The notes under the pieces were generated by a model. It did no database searches. It saw only the letters and a program-made list of their open reading frames with translations, and was not told where the DNA came from. DNA of 64,000 nucleotides from Candidatus Omnitrophota bacterium (GTDB lineage: Bacteria > Omnitrophota > Omnitrophia > Omnitrophales > Aquincolibacteriaceae), in NCBI GenBank assembly GCA_043803685.1, contig JAZDJU010000037.1, positions 160,001-224,000 on the forward strand. Direction: 5' to 3'. Positions 63,637-64,000 of this stretch are shown piece by piece (the stretch's first letter is position 1; every line of letters starts with the position of its first letter). Made by a program: the position numbers and the translations under genes.

Positions 63637-64000
63637 TTATGGTTTCTTATAATCTGGCGCCTGAGAATCATAAACAGGATTACAACCGGTCTCCCAACGC
63701 TTGTCAGGGTCTGAACCGAATGATTTCAAATGATCGAAAAGCCTTTGTTCCAACTCATACGCTTTCCGCTTCTCCCGGTCAACCAGGTTCAACAATTCCT
63801 TTGGATCATTGTTCAGATCATACAACTCCCGATTCTTATTCTCCAACGTATAGATAAACTTCCAGCCGTCCACCGTGCGCACCATGCGCTTATACGTATA
63901 CTGCCGATAATCAGTTTCCGCATACACATCCCTGGAACCGGGAACCCCTTTCATTTGAGGCAGCAGACTTCTTCCTTTTAACTGCCTGGTTACATTTTCC
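63637..64000 (-). CDS. Sulfatase-family protein, C-terminal part (runs off the right edge)
   Basis: RTVDGWKFIY...ELYDLNNDPKELLNL. Confidence 0.8.
   Translation of the reverse strand, partial: ENVTRQLKGRSLLPQMKGVPGSRDVYAETDYRQYTYKRMVRTVDGWKFIYTLENKNRELYDLNNDPKELLNLVDREKRKAYELEQRLFDHLKSFGSDPDKRWETGCNPVYDSQAPDYKKP

Overview
64 kb of bacterial chromosome, GC-rich and mostly coded on the minus strand. Gene style suggests a PVC-group lineage such as Omnitrophota; this is an inference, as no marker gene is present. The content from left to right: (1) the tail of a surface-polysaccharide locus (GT4/GT2 glycosyltransferases, SGNH hydrolase, radical SAM enzyme, UDP-galactopyranose-mutase-like flavoprotein, WecA/MraY-type transferase); (2) a CHASE2-GGDEF cyclase and B12-dependent nrdJ with tandem NrdR boxes; (3) mnmE, folC, purH, pabC-like, pabB-like, DUF1015 and a Trbp111-like gene; (4) an ino1 + CDP-alcohol phosphatidyltransferase operon; (5) two paralogous solute-binding lipoproteins plus a hybrid histidine kinase; (6) a complete phosphate module (porin, pstSCABB-phoU, DUF47-PiT, phoBR) with visible Pho boxes; (7) gapN, a frameshifted DUF4139 gene, DUF2203, a circularly permuted ATP-grasp ligase and citrate synthase; (8) a patchwork of accessory genes ending in sulfatase-fold genes. 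I saw no rRNA, tRNA, CRISPR array, transposase or integrase. The most striking unexplained signal is a dense population of several families of short palindromic elements. They fill many intergenic spacers and nest inside each other. Neighbouring copies resemble each other more than distant ones. They are translated in-frame inside at least two housekeeping proteins, and one disrupts a small gene between 9-bp direct repeats. Several accessory genes also sit between local direct or inverted duplications.
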